This document shows positions 9,351 through 20,380 of a stretch of DNA of 64,000 nt, in pieces. Numbering within the stretch: the stretch's first letter is position 1; every line of letters starts with the position of its first letter. Both the position numbers and the translations under genes were made by a program. The DNA is taken from NCBI GenBank assembly GCA_963826785.1, contig CAWGYD010000001.1, positions 224,001 to 288,000 on the forward strand, written 5' to 3'. Under the pieces are notes generated by a model. The model made no database searches and had not been told where the DNA came from. It was given only the letters and a program-made list of their open reading frames with translations. This DNA comes from an uncultured delta proteobacterium (GTDB taxonomy: Bacteria > Desulfobacterota > Desulfobacteria > Desulfobacterales > Desulfosalsimonadaceae).

Positions 9351-11243
9351 TCAATCCACCAGTTGCTTTGAAATGCTGATGTCACTCTTGCCGCGCAAGT
9401 AGGCAATATAGGATTCGAACAGCTGGGACTTCTTCTGGGACAGCAGCTGATTGATCACTGCGTCTTTTTCCTTGTTAAACTGTTCGTCCTCCGGGGTCTT
9501 GCGCTCCTTGTATGCGATCACGTAAAGGCCGGTATCGCCTTCCACCACCTTGTCAGAAAAAGGCTTGTCCCTGGACAGGTCAAAAGCGGCGCCGGACAGA
9601 GTTGAATCGTTTCCTATGTTGGGGATCGCCGCGCCGCGCCGGACAAATCCGCTTTCCTTGACTTCTTTGCCGTCAGCCGCGGCGGCTTTTGACAGAGACC
9701 CGGCAGTCTTGGCATCGGCCAGGAATTTGGCTGCCGCCTCTTTTGCCATTTCACGGCGTTTCTGCGCCACGGCGGCTTTGGTGACCGCGTCTTTAACGGT
9801 TTCAAATTCCGGGATCCGGGCATCCTGCTCATCCATCACCTGGATCAGGTAATATGACCCCCCGATTTCCACCACATCGCTGACTTCCATTTTCGGCAGT
9901 TCAAATACAGTCTGTGCAAATTCGGCCCCTGCCGGCATATTTTTCGGACCGCTGCGCAGGGTGAAAAAATCGGTGGTGACCATGTTGAGGCCGCGTTCGG
10001 CGGCATTATCGGCCAGTTCTTCCCCGGTAAAGGAGGCATCATAGAGGGCCAGTGCTTCGTCATAGGCTTTTGATTTGGCGGCCTGCTCCACCAGTTTGCG
10101 CCGGATGCCGTCTTTTACGGCTTCAAGGGGCTTGATCCCGGCTGCCTGCTCCCCTTCTTTTTTGATGAGGTGCCACCCGTAGCGGGTTTTCACCGGTTCG
10201 CTGATCTGGCCGACCTCCATGGAAAAGGCCTTGTCCGCAAAGGGCTTGACCATGTCTTCGCGTTTGAAGGACCCCAGGTCTCCGCCGTTGGCCTTTGAAG
10301 GATCTTCTGAATATTGCTTGGCCAGTTCGGCGAAATCCTCGCCGGCTTTGGCCTTTTCCAGAATTTTTTCAATTTCCTGCTTTTTTTCCGCAACCACTTC
10401 GGGGGTGGCTTTCGGGTCCACTTTGATCAGGATGTGGCGGGCGGAAACGGTTTCCGGCTGCTGATAATTATCCATGTTGTTGTTGTAAAATTCGGCGATT
10501 TCCGCGTCGGTGACCTCTACCTTGTCCTCGTAGGCCTTGGGATCGAAACGGAGATAGCGGGCCTTTTTCATGGGCTCGGTCTTGTATTCCTCCTGGTGGG
10601 CCTTGAAATATTCACGGGCCTCCTGATCGGAAACGGCCGGGGCTTCCACTGAGTCCGGGGCGAACTTGACGTATTCGAAATTCAGTTCACCGTTCTGCCA
10701 GTTGTACCACTGGTGGGCTTCATCTTCGCTCACCTTGGCGCCGCTGGTGACCACCGACTGGAGTTTATTGATCAGCATCTGCTCCCGCTGACCGGCCTCG
10801 AACGTCTCCGGGTTCAGCTTGTTCTGGGCAAGCACCATTTCATAGCGCTGGTTGCTGAAGGCGCCGTTTTGCTTGAAGACATCGATGTGGGTGATGGAAT
10901 CCACCAGTTCCTTTTTCGACACGCTCAAATCGTTTTCTCTCGCGGCCTGCCGAAGCAGGGCGCTGTCCACCAGCCGGTCGACGGCCTGTTTGCGGATATT
11001 GAACATTTTGAGCATATCGTCGTTCAGCTTATTTCCAAACTGCATGCGCAGGTTTTGAAGGATGGCGTTATAAGTCTGCTGGAATTCGGCCATGGATATC
11101 TTTTCCCCGTTGACTTCGGCCGCCCGGCTGTTCTTGTTGGCTTTATAACTCCCGGTGCCCACCAGGACGAAGGCCAAAACGATGATGCCCAGCAGCACTT
11201 TGATCATCCAGGAACCGGCACTTTCACGCATTTTATTCAGCAT
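9351..11243 (-). CDS. ppiD: PpiD/SurA-type membrane-anchored peptidyl-prolyl isomerase chaperone
   Basis: N-terminal anchor, SurA-N-like region and parvulin motifs ARHILIK, FAELAKQYSED, GGDLG and YGWHLIK. 630 aa. Confidence 0.9.
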   Translation of the reverse strand: MLNKMRESAGSWMIKVLLGIIVLAFVLVGTGSYKANKNSRAAEVNGEKISMAEFQQTYNAILQNLRMQFGNKLNDDMLKMFNIRKQAVDRLVDSALLRQAARENDLSVSKKELVDSITHIDVFKQNGAFSNQRYEMVLAQNKLNPETFEAGQREQMLINKLQSVVTSGAKVSEDEAHQWYNWQNGELNFEYVKFAPDSVEAPAVSDQEAREYFKAHQEEYKTEPMKKARYLRFDPKAYEDKVEVTDAEIAEFYNNNMDNYQQPETVSARHILIKVDPKATPEVVAEKKQEIEKILEKAKAGEDFAELAKQYSEDPSKANGGDLGSFKREDMVKPFADKAFSMEVGQISEPVKTRYGWHLIKKEGEQAAGIKPLEAVKDGIRRKLVEQAAKSKAYDEALALYDASFTGEELADNAAERGLNMVTTDFFTLRSGPKNMPAGAEFAQTVFELPKMEVSDVVEIGGSYYLIQVMDEQDARIPEFETVKDAVTKAAVAQKRREMAKEAAAKFLADAKTAGSLSKAAAADGKEVKESGFVRRGAAIPNIGNDSTLSGAAFDLSRDKPFSDKVVEGDTGLYVIAYKERKTPEDEQFNKEKDAVINQLLSQKKSQLFESYIAYLRGKSDISISKQLVD

Positions 11244-11627
11244 TGCGGATCAGTTTCTCCTTTATCGAAATTTACCCGAGCCCGGGCCTGTCCCGGCTCG
11301 ATATCGGGTCTATGGATGAAAACAGAAATATCCGTTTTCGCTCCGGTTAACGTTTTTTTACTCTTTTTAAAGCGAATGCGGCATCTTGTCAACACATTAT
11401 CATGGATGCCGTCACAGCAGCGCCTGAACTGACGGGCCTTTCTCCAATCCGCGGATCATCACGGCTGATACCGGACCGCCGTATTTCATCGAGTTGAGCC
11501 GAGCGCTTTCCACGGAGGGCAGATTTGAGAAACTCTGCTAAAGGGACGGCATTCATCTTTAAAGAAGTTTTTCCGCTTCGCTTTTCGTTTTACGTGGATC
11601 AACCTCGATCCAGGTTCAAAATAAATG

Positions 11628-11656
11628 TTGACAGGCAAGCCATGTTTTATTATTTT
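11628..11656 (+). promoter_or_regulatory. Sigma-70 promoter for the tRNA gene
   Basis: TTGACA (11628-11633), 17-nt spacer, then TATTTT just upstream of the tRNA. Confidence 0.6.
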
Positions 11657-11672
11657 TCTTGTTCATCCAAAC

Positions 11673-11748
11673 GGGGCTGTAGCTCAGCTGGGAGAGCGCA
11701 TGACTGGCAGTCATGAGGCCAGGGGTTCGAGCCCCCTCAGCTCCACCA
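11673..11748 (+). tRNA. tRNA-Ala(GGC)
   Basis: 76 nt, GGGGCTG...CAGCTCCACCA. Anticodon arm CATGA-CTGGCAG-TCATG, GTTCGA T-loop and an encoded CCA. Confidence 0.97.
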
Positions 11749-11759
11749 GAACATAAGAC

Positions 11760-11800
11760 AAGGCAGGGACGATGCAACACGCGTTCCTGCCTTTTTTATT
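11760..11800 (+). terminator. Intrinsic terminator after tRNA-Ala
   Basis: AAGGCAGGGACG...CGTTCCTGCCTT stem followed by a T-run. Confidence 0.8.
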
Positions 11801-11873
11801 TTGGGTGTGGGGGAGGACCGTGGTGAATCCGTTTTAAAGCGGGGGGGATAAGAAACCCCATCGTGAAAGGCGT

Positions 11874-12557
11874 CTAAATCGTTTTTTCCATCAACAGGAT
11901 GACCATCCCGGTCAGGGCCGGCACGTAAAGGTTGTCATTTACCGTAAATCTGGAAAGCCGCAGGGGGAAAAGTTCAAGCGCCATGATGCAAAACGAGGCC
12001 ACCAGGCCGATCATGAGCGGCAGGGCCCCGCCCCATCTGTCGTATAAAAGCGGAACATACGGAAACAATCCGAAAAACATGATCATGCATAAAATGAAAC
12101 ACGCCGCCGAGCCCTCGATGGTTTTTTTGCCCACGCGGATTTTGCCGATGCTGATCCCCACCAGCGCGGCCGCGCCATCTCCCCATAGGAATGTACTGAT
12201 GACCATACTCGAAATATCCGGACGATACATGAAAATGACGGAGCAGATAAGAGAGGAAAAAGCGATATACGTAGCGCCGGTCATTTTTACCGATTCTTCC
12301 CGCCGGAGCACGGTACCGAAAAGCGCACTGAAAATTTTCTGAACCCATCCCAGTCTGAACCGCGCGAGTTCCACGACAAAAAGAATCAGGGTGAAGCCTG
12401 CAAGTATCATCGTGGGATACATCCATGGTCTGATCATTTTGCCGCTGTGACTGACCACCAGAGGCATCAATGGAATATACAGGATGCCTGCCGGAATGAT
12501 GACTCCGAAAAAAAGGTGAAGCACCTTGCGCAAAATTTCTTCACGTGTCAGTTTCAT
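11874..12557 (-). CDS. Phytol/dolichol kinase-like membrane protein (CTP-dependent)
   Basis: Motifs RKVLHL, LRREE, GDGAAALVG, KKTIEGS and DNLYVP. Confidence 0.85.
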   Translation of the reverse strand: MKLTREEILRKVLHLFFGVIIPAGILYIPLMPLVVSHSGKMIRPWMYPTMILAGFTLILFVVELARFRLGWVQKIFSALFGTVLRREESVKMTGATYIAFSSLICSVIFMYRPDISSMVISTFLWGDGAAALVGISIGKIRVGKKTIEGSAACFILCMIMFFGLFPYVPLLYDRWGGALPLMIGLVASFCIMALELFPLRLSRFTVNDNLYVPALTGMVILLMEKTI

Positions 12558-12844
12558 ACGCTTCCTGTAAAAACAATGAACGAACAAGTCGGTTTCAATA
12601 TCAATGGCTTCGGCGGCAAATTACCGCCCCGGTACCCCGATGATTGTCATAGAGCCCGCATCACTTTCCGTCAAGATCAATTTCCATATTTGCTGCTGTA
12701 TCTCCGGTAAAAAGACCTCTTTTTGCCGGGTTATGATCCATACATCCATACACCGGCGGCTTGACAGTTCGTGTCAAAATATGGAAGATGCAAATTGAAG
12801 TGCTTCCTTCTCCCCAAAACGTTTTCAATCAAAACAGAAAAAAG

Positions 12845-13039
12845 ATGACCCCGGAACAATTTTTCGATGAAGTCGAAGCCATGGGCCTGACCCAGGATCA
12901 GGTGCTTTCATGCATGAAAGCCTACAGGGATAAAGGGGCTGAAGGCGCTTCGGCCCTGGCCCGGAAATTCAAAGATGAGAATCATCGTGCGAATTGCGCT
13001 TTAAAAGAATGGACCGGCAAAGAAGGGGGCGAAGCGTAA
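12845..13039 (+). CDS. Small hypothetical protein
   Basis: 64-aa ORF with plausible composition that fills the gap before the nuclease gene. Confidence 0.4.
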   Translation: MTPEQFFDEVEAMGLTQDQVLSCMKAYRDKGAEGASALARKFKDENHRANCALKEWTGKEGGEA

Positions 13040-13100
13040 AGAAGTTTTTCGCATAATGTAACACCAACCGAATCTTGCCATGAACCAAGGAAAGGGATCC

Positions 13101-14357
13101 ATGTTCACCTTCCTCCATGCGGCAGACATTCACCTGGACAGCCCCCTCAAAGGGCTTGAGATCCATGAGGATGCGCCGGTAGCCGCCATCCGGTCCGCTA
13201 CGCGGATGGCCTTTGAAAACATGATCGATCTGGCCATCGAAGAAGATGTCAATTTCGTGCTCATTGCCGGGGACCTGTATGACGGCGACTGGAAGGATTA
13301 CAATACCGGCCTGTTTTTCGTCAAACAGATGAGCCGGCTGGACAAGGCCGGTATCCGGGTGTTCATGGTTTCGGGCAACCATGATGCCGCCAGCCAGATT
13401 ACCCGGACCATGCCCCTGCCGGACAACGTGACCCATTTTCCCCACAAGAAGCCCCGGTCCGAAACCATTGAAGAGCTTAGCGTGATGATACACGGGCAGA
13501 GCTATGCCGCCCGCGCGGTCACGGAAAACCTCGCGCGGCAGTTTCCAGTGTATGACCCCGACTATTTCAACATCGGCCTTCTCCACACCTCCCTGACCGG
13601 CCGGGACGGGCACGAGGATTATGCCCCCTGCACGGCCGATGACCTCACATCCAAAGGCTATGACTACTGGGCCCTGGGGCATGTCCATCAGCGGGAGGTG
13701 GTGTCCGAAGAGCCCTGGATCATTTTTCCGGGAAACATCCAGGGGCGGCATATCAAGGAAACCGGGGCCAGGGGGGTGACCCTGGTCACCGTGGCGGATG
13801 GCCGCATTTCAAATATCGACGCGCGAAAAACCGATGTGCTTCGCTGGGCCGTTAGCCGGGTGGATCTGTCCGGATGTGAAAGGGTGGATGACATCTATGA
13901 TGCGGTTCGCCGGGCCCTTGAACAGGAATTTGACGCGGCGGAAACCAAACCCCTGGCCGTGCGCATGATTCTGACCGGCAAATGCGGCATGCATGCCGCC
14001 CTGTTTGACCGCATGCCGCAATGGATCGAAGAATTTCGCGGGATTGCTGCGGGCCTCGGCGACATCTGGCTGGAAAAGGTGGTCTTCGATACTCACCGGC
14101 GGGTCAGCCTTGAAGCGGTTGTCGGCAGGGATACCCCGGTGGCCGCCCTGCTGGAATCCATTGAAAAAATCGAGCTGGATGCCGATCGTCTCCGGGAACT
14201 GGTCCCGGATCTGGCGGTGTTAAAAAGCAAGCTGCCCCCGGAAATTCAGACCGGCACCGACCCCTTTCCGGATGGGACCGAAAATTTCTGCGAGATTCGA
14301 AAAGATGTGCGGGAACTCCTGATCGCCAGCCTGCTCCGGTCCGGGGGTGCCCGATGA
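13101..14357 (+). CDS. Mre11/SbcD-type metallophosphoesterase DNA exonuclease (YhaO-like)
   Basis: Motifs HAADIHLD, AGDLYD, GNHD, GLLHT, ALGHVH and PGNIQGR. Confidence 0.92.
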   Translation: MFTFLHAADIHLDSPLKGLEIHEDAPVAAIRSATRMAFENMIDLAIEEDVNFVLIAGDLYDGDWKDYNTGLFFVKQMSRLDKAGIRVFMVSGNHDAASQITRTMPLPDNVTHFPHKKPRSETIEELSVMIHGQSYAARAVTENLARQFPVYDPDYFNIGLLHTSLTGRDGHEDYAPCTADDLTSKGYDYWALGHVHQREVVSEEPWIIFPGNIQGRHIKETGARGVTLVTVADGRISNIDARKTDVLRWAVSRVDLSGCERVDDIYDAVRRALEQEFDAAETKPLAVRMILTGKCGMHAALFDRMPQWIEEFRGIAAGLGDIWLEKVVFDTHRRVSLEAVVGRDTPVAALLESIEKIELDADRLRELVPDLAVLKSKLPPEIQTGTDPFPDGTENFCEIRKDVRELLIASLLRSGGAR

Positions 14358-17300
14358 AGATCAAGCGGCTGGACCTGATCGCATTTGGCCCGTTTACCGA
14401 TCAGCGCCTGGAATTTGATTCGGGCACACCGGGGCTTCACATTATTTTTGGCCCCAACGAGGCGGGCAAAAGCAGCTCGCTCCGGGCGTTAAAAGCCCTG
14501 CTGTACGGTTTTCCCGAGCGTATTTCGGACAATTTCATGCATGCCAGCCCGCAGCTGCTGGTGGGCGGCGTCCTCGAGCGCGCAAACGGCCAGACCCTGT
14601 ATTTCCAGCGCCGGAAAAAGCGCAAAGGCGATATCATCGATATGGACGGTAACCCCATCGATGCAAGTGTTCTCGCGCCCTTTCTGCACGGGGTGGAACC
14701 GGAAATTTTCGAGTCGCTCTACGGCATCGATCATGAAACCCTGGTCCGCGGGGGCGAAGACATTCTGGCCCAGAAAGGCGAGGTGGGACAGGCGCTGTTT
14801 GCCGCCGGCGCCGGGCTTTCCTCATTGCGGGAGGTCATCGAGGCGCTCGATAAAGAAGCCTCGGACCTGTTCAAGGCGACGGGCAAAAACCCCGAGATCA
14901 ACAGCGCCATCCGGCAATACAAGGAGCTGCAGAAAGCCGCCCGGGATGCCAGCCTTTCTTCAAAAGAGTGGAAAGACCATCGAAAGGCCCTGCAGCTGGC
15001 CCAGGGCGAGCGGGCCGGACTGGAAGCGGAGCGGGTGGAGAAAAGCAGGGAACTGCGCCGCCTGGAGCGCCTGGCAAGAGCGATCCCCGAACTGGGTGCG
15101 TTGCGCAGCCTGCAGGATCAGAAAACAAACATGGGCGATGTGATTGTGCTGCCGCCTGATTTTTCCGACCGGTATCAGCTGATCGGCCGCCAGATCCGGG
15201 ATGCCGAGATTCAGCTGGAAAAGGATTCCGGCCGGCTTGCCCAGCTTGAAGAAAATAAAGCGGTCGTTTCGTTTAACCCCGAGCTGCTGAACCATTCCGA
15301 ACAGGTGGATGATTTTCACCAGCGTCTGGGCGAATACCGCAAGGGCCAGAAGGACAAACCGGAGCGAAACGGCATGCGCATCGCCCACCGCAAGGAGGCG
15401 GCGACGCTGTTAAAACAGGTGCGGCCGGACTTGCCCCTGGAGGATGTGGAAAAGCTGCGCCCCGCCCTTGCCCGGAAGCGCACCATCCAGACCCTGAGCG
15501 CAAAATACGAATCCATCGATCAGCAGCTGATTCAAGCACAGCAGCTGCACGCACAGGCTGTCCTGGAGCTTGCGGAAGCGGATAAACGCCTGGCGGCCAT
15601 GCCCGAAAAATCGGACAGCGCTGATCTCCTGCAGGCCGTGCGGCTGGCGCAAAAGGCGGGCCAGGTGGATGAGCAGTTTGAAAAAGAGCGCACTGCAGTT
15701 CAGGAAGGCCGGAAAGACTGCCATGCAAAACTTGCGCGGCTCGGCCTGTGGGCGGGGGAATTGTCCGAACTCACGGCCCTTGGCCTTCCCCTGTCTGAAA
15801 CCGTAAAGCAGTTCGAGCACCGCTGCGGCGATATGGCCGACGCGAAGCGGGCGCTTGAAAAAGAACGGGAAAACATCTGCAAAGAGCTGACCACCGTCAG
15901 GGCCGAAGCCCGGAAGCTGTCCTATTCCGGCGAGGTCCCTTCCGAGGAGGATCTGCGCCGGGTGCGGGAAAAACGGGAGCAGGGCTGGCAGCTCCTGCGC
16001 CGGCAGTGGATCGAAAAAGAAGAGGTGGAAAAAGAGACCCGGATCTATGACCCGGCCCAGCCGCTTCCCGAAGCATATGAAGGGCAGGTGGGCCTTTCCG
16101 ATCACATTGCCGACCGGCTGCGCAGGGAAGCGGGCAGGGTGGCCGCCGGGGCCGAGCTTCGGGCCCGGGAGGAACTGCTGGAAGAAAACCTTTCCGAATG
16201 CGGCCGGAAAAAAGAGGCGCTCGACCGGGCGGAAAACGCGTTCAATACTGAATGGGCCGATATCTGGAAGCCCCTTGGCATCACCCCGCGTTCCCCCCGG
16301 GAAATGAACGGCTGGTTGTCCGAGATGGACAAGCTTCGCTACCGGGTGGGCGACATTCTGAAGAAACAACGGGAAAACGAATGCGGCCGGGACTGCCGCG
16401 ACGATCTGCGCCGTGCGCTGATCAGCGCGTTAAAAGCCATGGGCGAGGATGAGATTCCGGATGGCCAAACCCTGGGGCCGGTCCTGGTGTTTGCCGAAGC
16501 CGTCCTGGAGAAAGCCGAGCGCCGGCGTGCCGAATTGGAAAAGTGCATTGAAAGGCGTGAAAATGCGCAAAAAGCCCTGTCCCGGGCCGATGATCAATTA
16601 AAGACCGCAAAGGCGCTGCTGTCCCGGTGGCAGGCGGACTGGCGTCAGGCGATAGCCGACATCGGACTTGAAAAAGCGGTGTCCCATCACGAGGCCATCG
16701 ACATGATGGAGTCGCTGCAGAACTGCTTCGACCAGCTGAAAAGTGCACAGGATCTGCAGAAGCGCATCGACGGCATCGACCGGGACGCAGAAGCGCTGGA
16801 GCGGGCAGTGCGGGAGATATGTAAAAAAGTGACCCCGGACATGCCGGAAATGCCCGTGGACCAGGCCATCCTGGAGCTGCGCAGCCGGGTGAACCAGGCG
16901 GAAAAGCAACGCACGCTCCACGACAAGCTCACCCATGAGATCGAGGCGCTCGATGCCGAAATCCTGAAGACCGCAAACACTTTAAAGAGCGCCAGCGCGC
17001 AATTGGAAGATATTTTGAAAATCGCCGGGTGCAAAAAGCCGGAAGACCTGGCCCGGACCATCAGCCGGTCGACCGAATACCAGAGGCTGCAGCAGCAGAT
17101 CTCGGACACCGAAGCGGCCATCGGCAGGATCGGCGAAGGCGTGCCCATCGAAGCGCTCGCCGAACAGGCCGCCCGGATCGATGCCGACGAACTGCCCGGC
17201 TTGATCGATGCATTGCGGGAGGATATCGACGGGCGGATCAATCCGGAGATCATCCGGATATCTGAAATCGTGGGCGATGAGAACAGGGCGCTTGCCGCCA

Positions 17301-17875
17301 TGGACGGCAGCTCGAAAGCCGCCGAGGCGGCTGCGGCCATGGAACAGGAACTGGCCCGGATCCGGCGGCTGTCCGAGCGGTATTTGCGGGTGAAGCTGGC
17401 CTCCGGCATTCTGCAGAAAGAAATCGAACGCTACCGGGAGGAGCACCAGGACCCGGTGTTGAAGATCGCCTCCGCGTATTTTGCCAACCTGACCATAGGC
17501 TCGTTTGCCGGCCTGCGCACCGATGTGGATGACAACGGCCGCCCCCTGCTGGTCGGCATCCGGCCCGACGCCGGCCGGGTGCCCATAGAAGGGATGAGCA
17601 GCGGCACCCGCGATCAGCTCTATCTCGCCCTGCGCCTGGCCACCCTGGAATGGCGGCTGGAAACCATCGAACCCATGCCCTTTATCGTGGATGATATCCT
17701 GATCAACTTCGACGACGATCGTTCACGGGCCACCCTCCAGGCCCTGGCGGATCTGTCCGGCAAAAACCAGGTGATCCTGTTTACCCACCACGGAAAGATC
17801 CTGGAGGAAGCAAAACAGATCGGAAAAGCAGAGATCCGCATCCATCACCTCGCCATGGAAAAAAGCGTCAATTGA
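14354..17875 (+). CDS. YhaN-like SMC/Rad50-type coiled-coil ATPase (AAA_27)
   Basis: Walker A GPNEAGKSS, long coiled coil, signature MSSGTRDQLYLALRL, Walker B IVDDILINFD, FTHH. ATGA overlap with the upstream nuclease. Confidence 0.92.
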   Translation: MKIKRLDLIAFGPFTDQRLEFDSGTPGLHIIFGPNEAGKSSSLRALKALLYGFPERISDNFMHASPQLLVGGVLERANGQTLYFQRRKKRKGDIIDMDGNPIDASVLAPFLHGVEPEIFESLYGIDHETLVRGGEDILAQKGEVGQALFAAGAGLSSLREVIEALDKEASDLFKATGKNPEINSAIRQYKELQKAARDASLSSKEWKDHRKALQLAQGERAGLEAERVEKSRELRRLERLARAIPELGALRSLQDQKTNMGDVIVLPPDFSDRYQLIGRQIRDAEIQLEKDSGRLAQLEENKAVVSFNPELLNHSEQVDDFHQRLGEYRKGQKDKPERNGMRIAHRKEAATLLKQVRPDLPLEDVEKLRPALARKRTIQTLSAKYESIDQQLIQAQQLHAQAVLELAEADKRLAAMPEKSDSADLLQAVRLAQKAGQVDEQFEKERTAVQEGRKDCHAKLARLGLWAGELSELTALGLPLSETVKQFEHRCGDMADAKRALEKERENICKELTTVRAEARKLSYSGEVPSEEDLRRVREKREQGWQLLRRQWIEKEEVEKETRIYDPAQPLPEAYEGQVGLSDHIADRLRREAGRVAAGAELRAREELLEENLSECGRKKEALDRAENAFNTEWADIWKPLGITPRSPREMNGWLSEMDKLRYRVGDILKKQRENECGRDCRDDLRRALISALKAMGEDEIPDGQTLGPVLVFAEAVLEKAERRRAELEKCIERRENAQKALSRADDQLKTAKALLSRWQADWRQAIADIGLEKAVSHHEAIDMMESLQNCFDQLKSAQDLQKRIDGIDRDAEALERAVREICKKVTPDMPEMPVDQAILELRSRVNQAEKQRTLHDKLTHEIEALDAEILKTANTLKSASAQLEDILKIAGCKKPEDLARTISRSTEYQRLQQQISDTEAAIGRIGEGVPIEALAEQAARIDADELPGLIDALREDIDGRINPEIIRISEIVGDENRALAAMDGSSKAAEAAAAMEQELARIRRLSERYLRVKLASGILQKEIERYREEHQDPVLKIASAYFANLTIGSFAGLRTDVDDNGRPLLVGIRPDAGRVPIEGMSSGTRDQLYLALRLATLEWRLETIEPMPFIVDDILINFDDDRSRATLQALADLSGKNQVILFTHHGKILEEAKQIGKAEIRIHHLAMEKSVN

Positions 17876-18034
17876 TCAAAAGGGCGAGAAGATGTTAATG
17901 TATCAGCTATAGAAAACCCTTGGGCGTTGATCTCCGCCGCAGAGGCGCTAAAAGGCGCTTTCGGGGCGGCGGCATCGTGATTTAGATGTGTGGGGTTTAT
18001 TTGCCGGACAACCATCAGCTGAGGAGGAAAAGTC

Positions 18035-19561
18035 ATGGATCTTGGAGGACTGGTTTCACGCAACGCACGCACGGTTCCTGAAAAAGAAGGGGTGATCTGC
18101 GAGGATCGCCGCTATAACTGGCGCGAGGTCAACGAACGGGTCAACACCGTTTCAAACGCCCTTCTGGCCGGGGGGTTGAAAAAGGGCGACAAGGTGGCCA
18201 TGTGGATGTTCAACTCGGACCTTTTCATCTTCACCTTCTATGGGATCGTCAAGGCCGGCGGGGTGGCCGTGCCGGTCAATTTCCGCCTGGCGCCGCGCGA
18301 GGCCGAATTCATTTTCGACAACTGCGATGCAGCGGCCCTGGTGTTCGACGACCAGTTCGCACCGGCAGTGGAGGAAATGCGTCCGCGGCTGGGCAAAATC
18401 AAGTCGGTCTACTCGGCCGGCACCGGCCGCTTCGAGGGCGCTGCGCCGCTGACCGATCTGTTTGAATCCGGTGACCGGAGTGAACCGGAGGCTCTGGTCG
18501 ACGAGTTCGATGAAAGCGAGATCATCTACACCTCGGGCACCACCGGCAGGCCCAAGGGCGCCCTGTTCATTCACCATAACCAGATGGTGGTGACCGCAAC
18601 CGTTTTGTCGCTGGTCGGGCTCCGGCCCCGGGACCGCGTCCTGCATGCCGCGCCGATGTTTCATTCGGCGGAACTGAACCTGTACATGAACCCCACCACC
18701 TATGTGGGCGGCACCCACGTGGTGCTGCGCGAGTTTCATCCCCAGAAGGCCCTGGAGCTGATCCAGAAAGAAAAGATCACCCAGTTTTTCGGGGCGCCGG
18801 TGATGTATTCGTTCATGATGGGCATGCCCGATTTCGACACCTACGATCTCTCATCGGTGCGCTACTTCGGATACGGCGCCGCGCCCATGGCGGCGGAATC
18901 CGTGCGCCAGATGATCGAAAAATTCAAGACCGACCAGTTCTTCTGCCTGTGCGGTCTGACCGAAGGCGGCCCGGGCGGAGTGGCGCTCTACCCGGAAGAC
19001 CAGATCCGCAAGGCCGGGGCCGGGGGCAAGTACATCGTCAACATGGAAACCCGCCTGGCCGATGTGTCGGGCAACACCATCACCGAACCCGATGTGGTGG
19101 GCGAACTGGTGATCAGGGGCGAAACCTGCATGCGCGAATACTACAAAAATCCCGAAGCGACGGCAAACACCATCCGTGACGGATGGGTCTACACCGGGGA
19201 TCTGGGCAAGATGGACGACGAGGGCTACATCACCCTGGTGGACCGAAGCAAGGACATGATCATCACCGGCGGGGAAAACGTCTACAGCAAAGAGGTCGAA
19301 GATGCCATCTACGAGCATCCGGCGGTGGCCGAGGCGGTGATCATCGGGGTGCCCCACCCGGTGTGGGGGGAGACGGTCATGTGCATTGCCGCCCTTCAAA
19401 AAGACAAAACATTGGAACTGGAAGAACTGCGCGAATTTTTAAAGACACGCCTGGCGGACTACAAGATCCCGCGCCTTCTTGAAATCGTTCCCGGCCTTCC
19501 CCGCAACGTATCGGGAAAGGTGCTCAAGTATCAGCTGCGCGATACCTTTGCCGAAAAATAA
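18035..19561 (+). CDS. Long-chain acyl-CoA synthetase (AMP-binding)
   Basis: Motifs YTSGTTGRPKG, GLTE, TGDLG, DMIITGGENVY and SGKVLK. GAGGAGG RBS. Confidence 0.93.
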   Translation: MDLGGLVSRNARTVPEKEGVICEDRRYNWREVNERVNTVSNALLAGGLKKGDKVAMWMFNSDLFIFTFYGIVKAGGVAVPVNFRLAPREAEFIFDNCDAAALVFDDQFAPAVEEMRPRLGKIKSVYSAGTGRFEGAAPLTDLFESGDRSEPEALVDEFDESEIIYTSGTTGRPKGALFIHHNQMVVTATVLSLVGLRPRDRVLHAAPMFHSAELNLYMNPTTYVGGTHVVLREFHPQKALELIQKEKITQFFGAPVMYSFMMGMPDFDTYDLSSVRYFGYGAAPMAAESVRQMIEKFKTDQFFCLCGLTEGGPGGVALYPEDQIRKAGAGGKYIVNMETRLADVSGNTITEPDVVGELVIRGETCMREYYKNPEATANTIRDGWVYTGDLGKMDDEGYITLVDRSKDMIITGGENVYSKEVEDAIYEHPAVAEAVIIGVPHPVWGETVMCIAALQKDKTLELEELREFLKTRLADYKIPRLLEIVPGLPRNVSGKVLKYQLRDTFAEK

Positions 19562-19751
19562 ACAAGCCCGGACAGGACTGACCGGCCCCGGTTGAACGGG
19601 TTTGACGCTATGAAAATGATGCCCGGTGGCCGAAAATGGTTTCAAGAGACTTAACCATGACGCCTATATTCCGGGCAAGTTCCTTTCTGCAAAAACACGG
19701 CACAGCAGGGGATAATACTTTTCACGATGATTTCAGTTGAGATATTGACTG

Positions 19752-20204
19752 ATGCAGCATAGCGACATCAAAGCCTTCATCGAGAAACCCTTTGCGTTTG
19801 TCGAACGCATCGGCCTCAAAGCCCTTGTTCTGGAGCGCGGCCGGGTGCGCCTGGCCGTGCCCCTGGAGGGCAACGTCAATCATATCGGGTCGATGTACGC
19901 CGGGGCGCTGTTCACCCTGGCCGAAATCCCCGGCGGCGCACTGTTTCTGACCAGTTTCGATACGAAGCGCTTCTATCCGGTGGTCAAGGAAATGACCCTG
20001 CGATTTATCAAACCGGTCACCACCGACGCCACCGTTGAAATCATTTTAGACGATGCGGCCATCACGCGCATCCAGACCGAGGCAGCCGCCAGCGGCAAAG
20101 CCGAGTTTATTCTGGAAGGCAGAATTCTGGATGCCGCCGGCCAGCTGGTGGCCGCCAGCCGCGGCGTCTATCAGCTGCGCTCCCTGGCAGAAATTGCAGG
20201 CTGA
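19752..20204 (+). CDS. Hot-dog fold thioesterase (PaaI/YiiD/DUF4442-like)
   Basis: NVNHIGSMYAGALFTLAE and LRFIKP. Confidence 0.85.
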   Translation: MQHSDIKAFIEKPFAFVERIGLKALVLERGRVRLAVPLEGNVNHIGSMYAGALFTLAEIPGGALFLTSFDTKRFYPVVKEMTLRFIKPVTTDATVEIILDDAAITRIQTEAAASGKAEFILEGRILDAAGQLVAASRGVYQLRSLAEIAG

Positions 20205-20380
20205 ACCCGTGAATCCGGGGCCAGAATCTTCAAGAACAAAGATTTGACCGGACAATCGGTTTCAGCCGTATCCGCATGCGGCATAACCGGGTCCGGGTTT
20301 ATAAAGACTGGATATCGATCGCGGGGGGCGTCTCAGCCGAATAGACCACTAATACCAGGGAAAGGACACTCAGCACAGCC

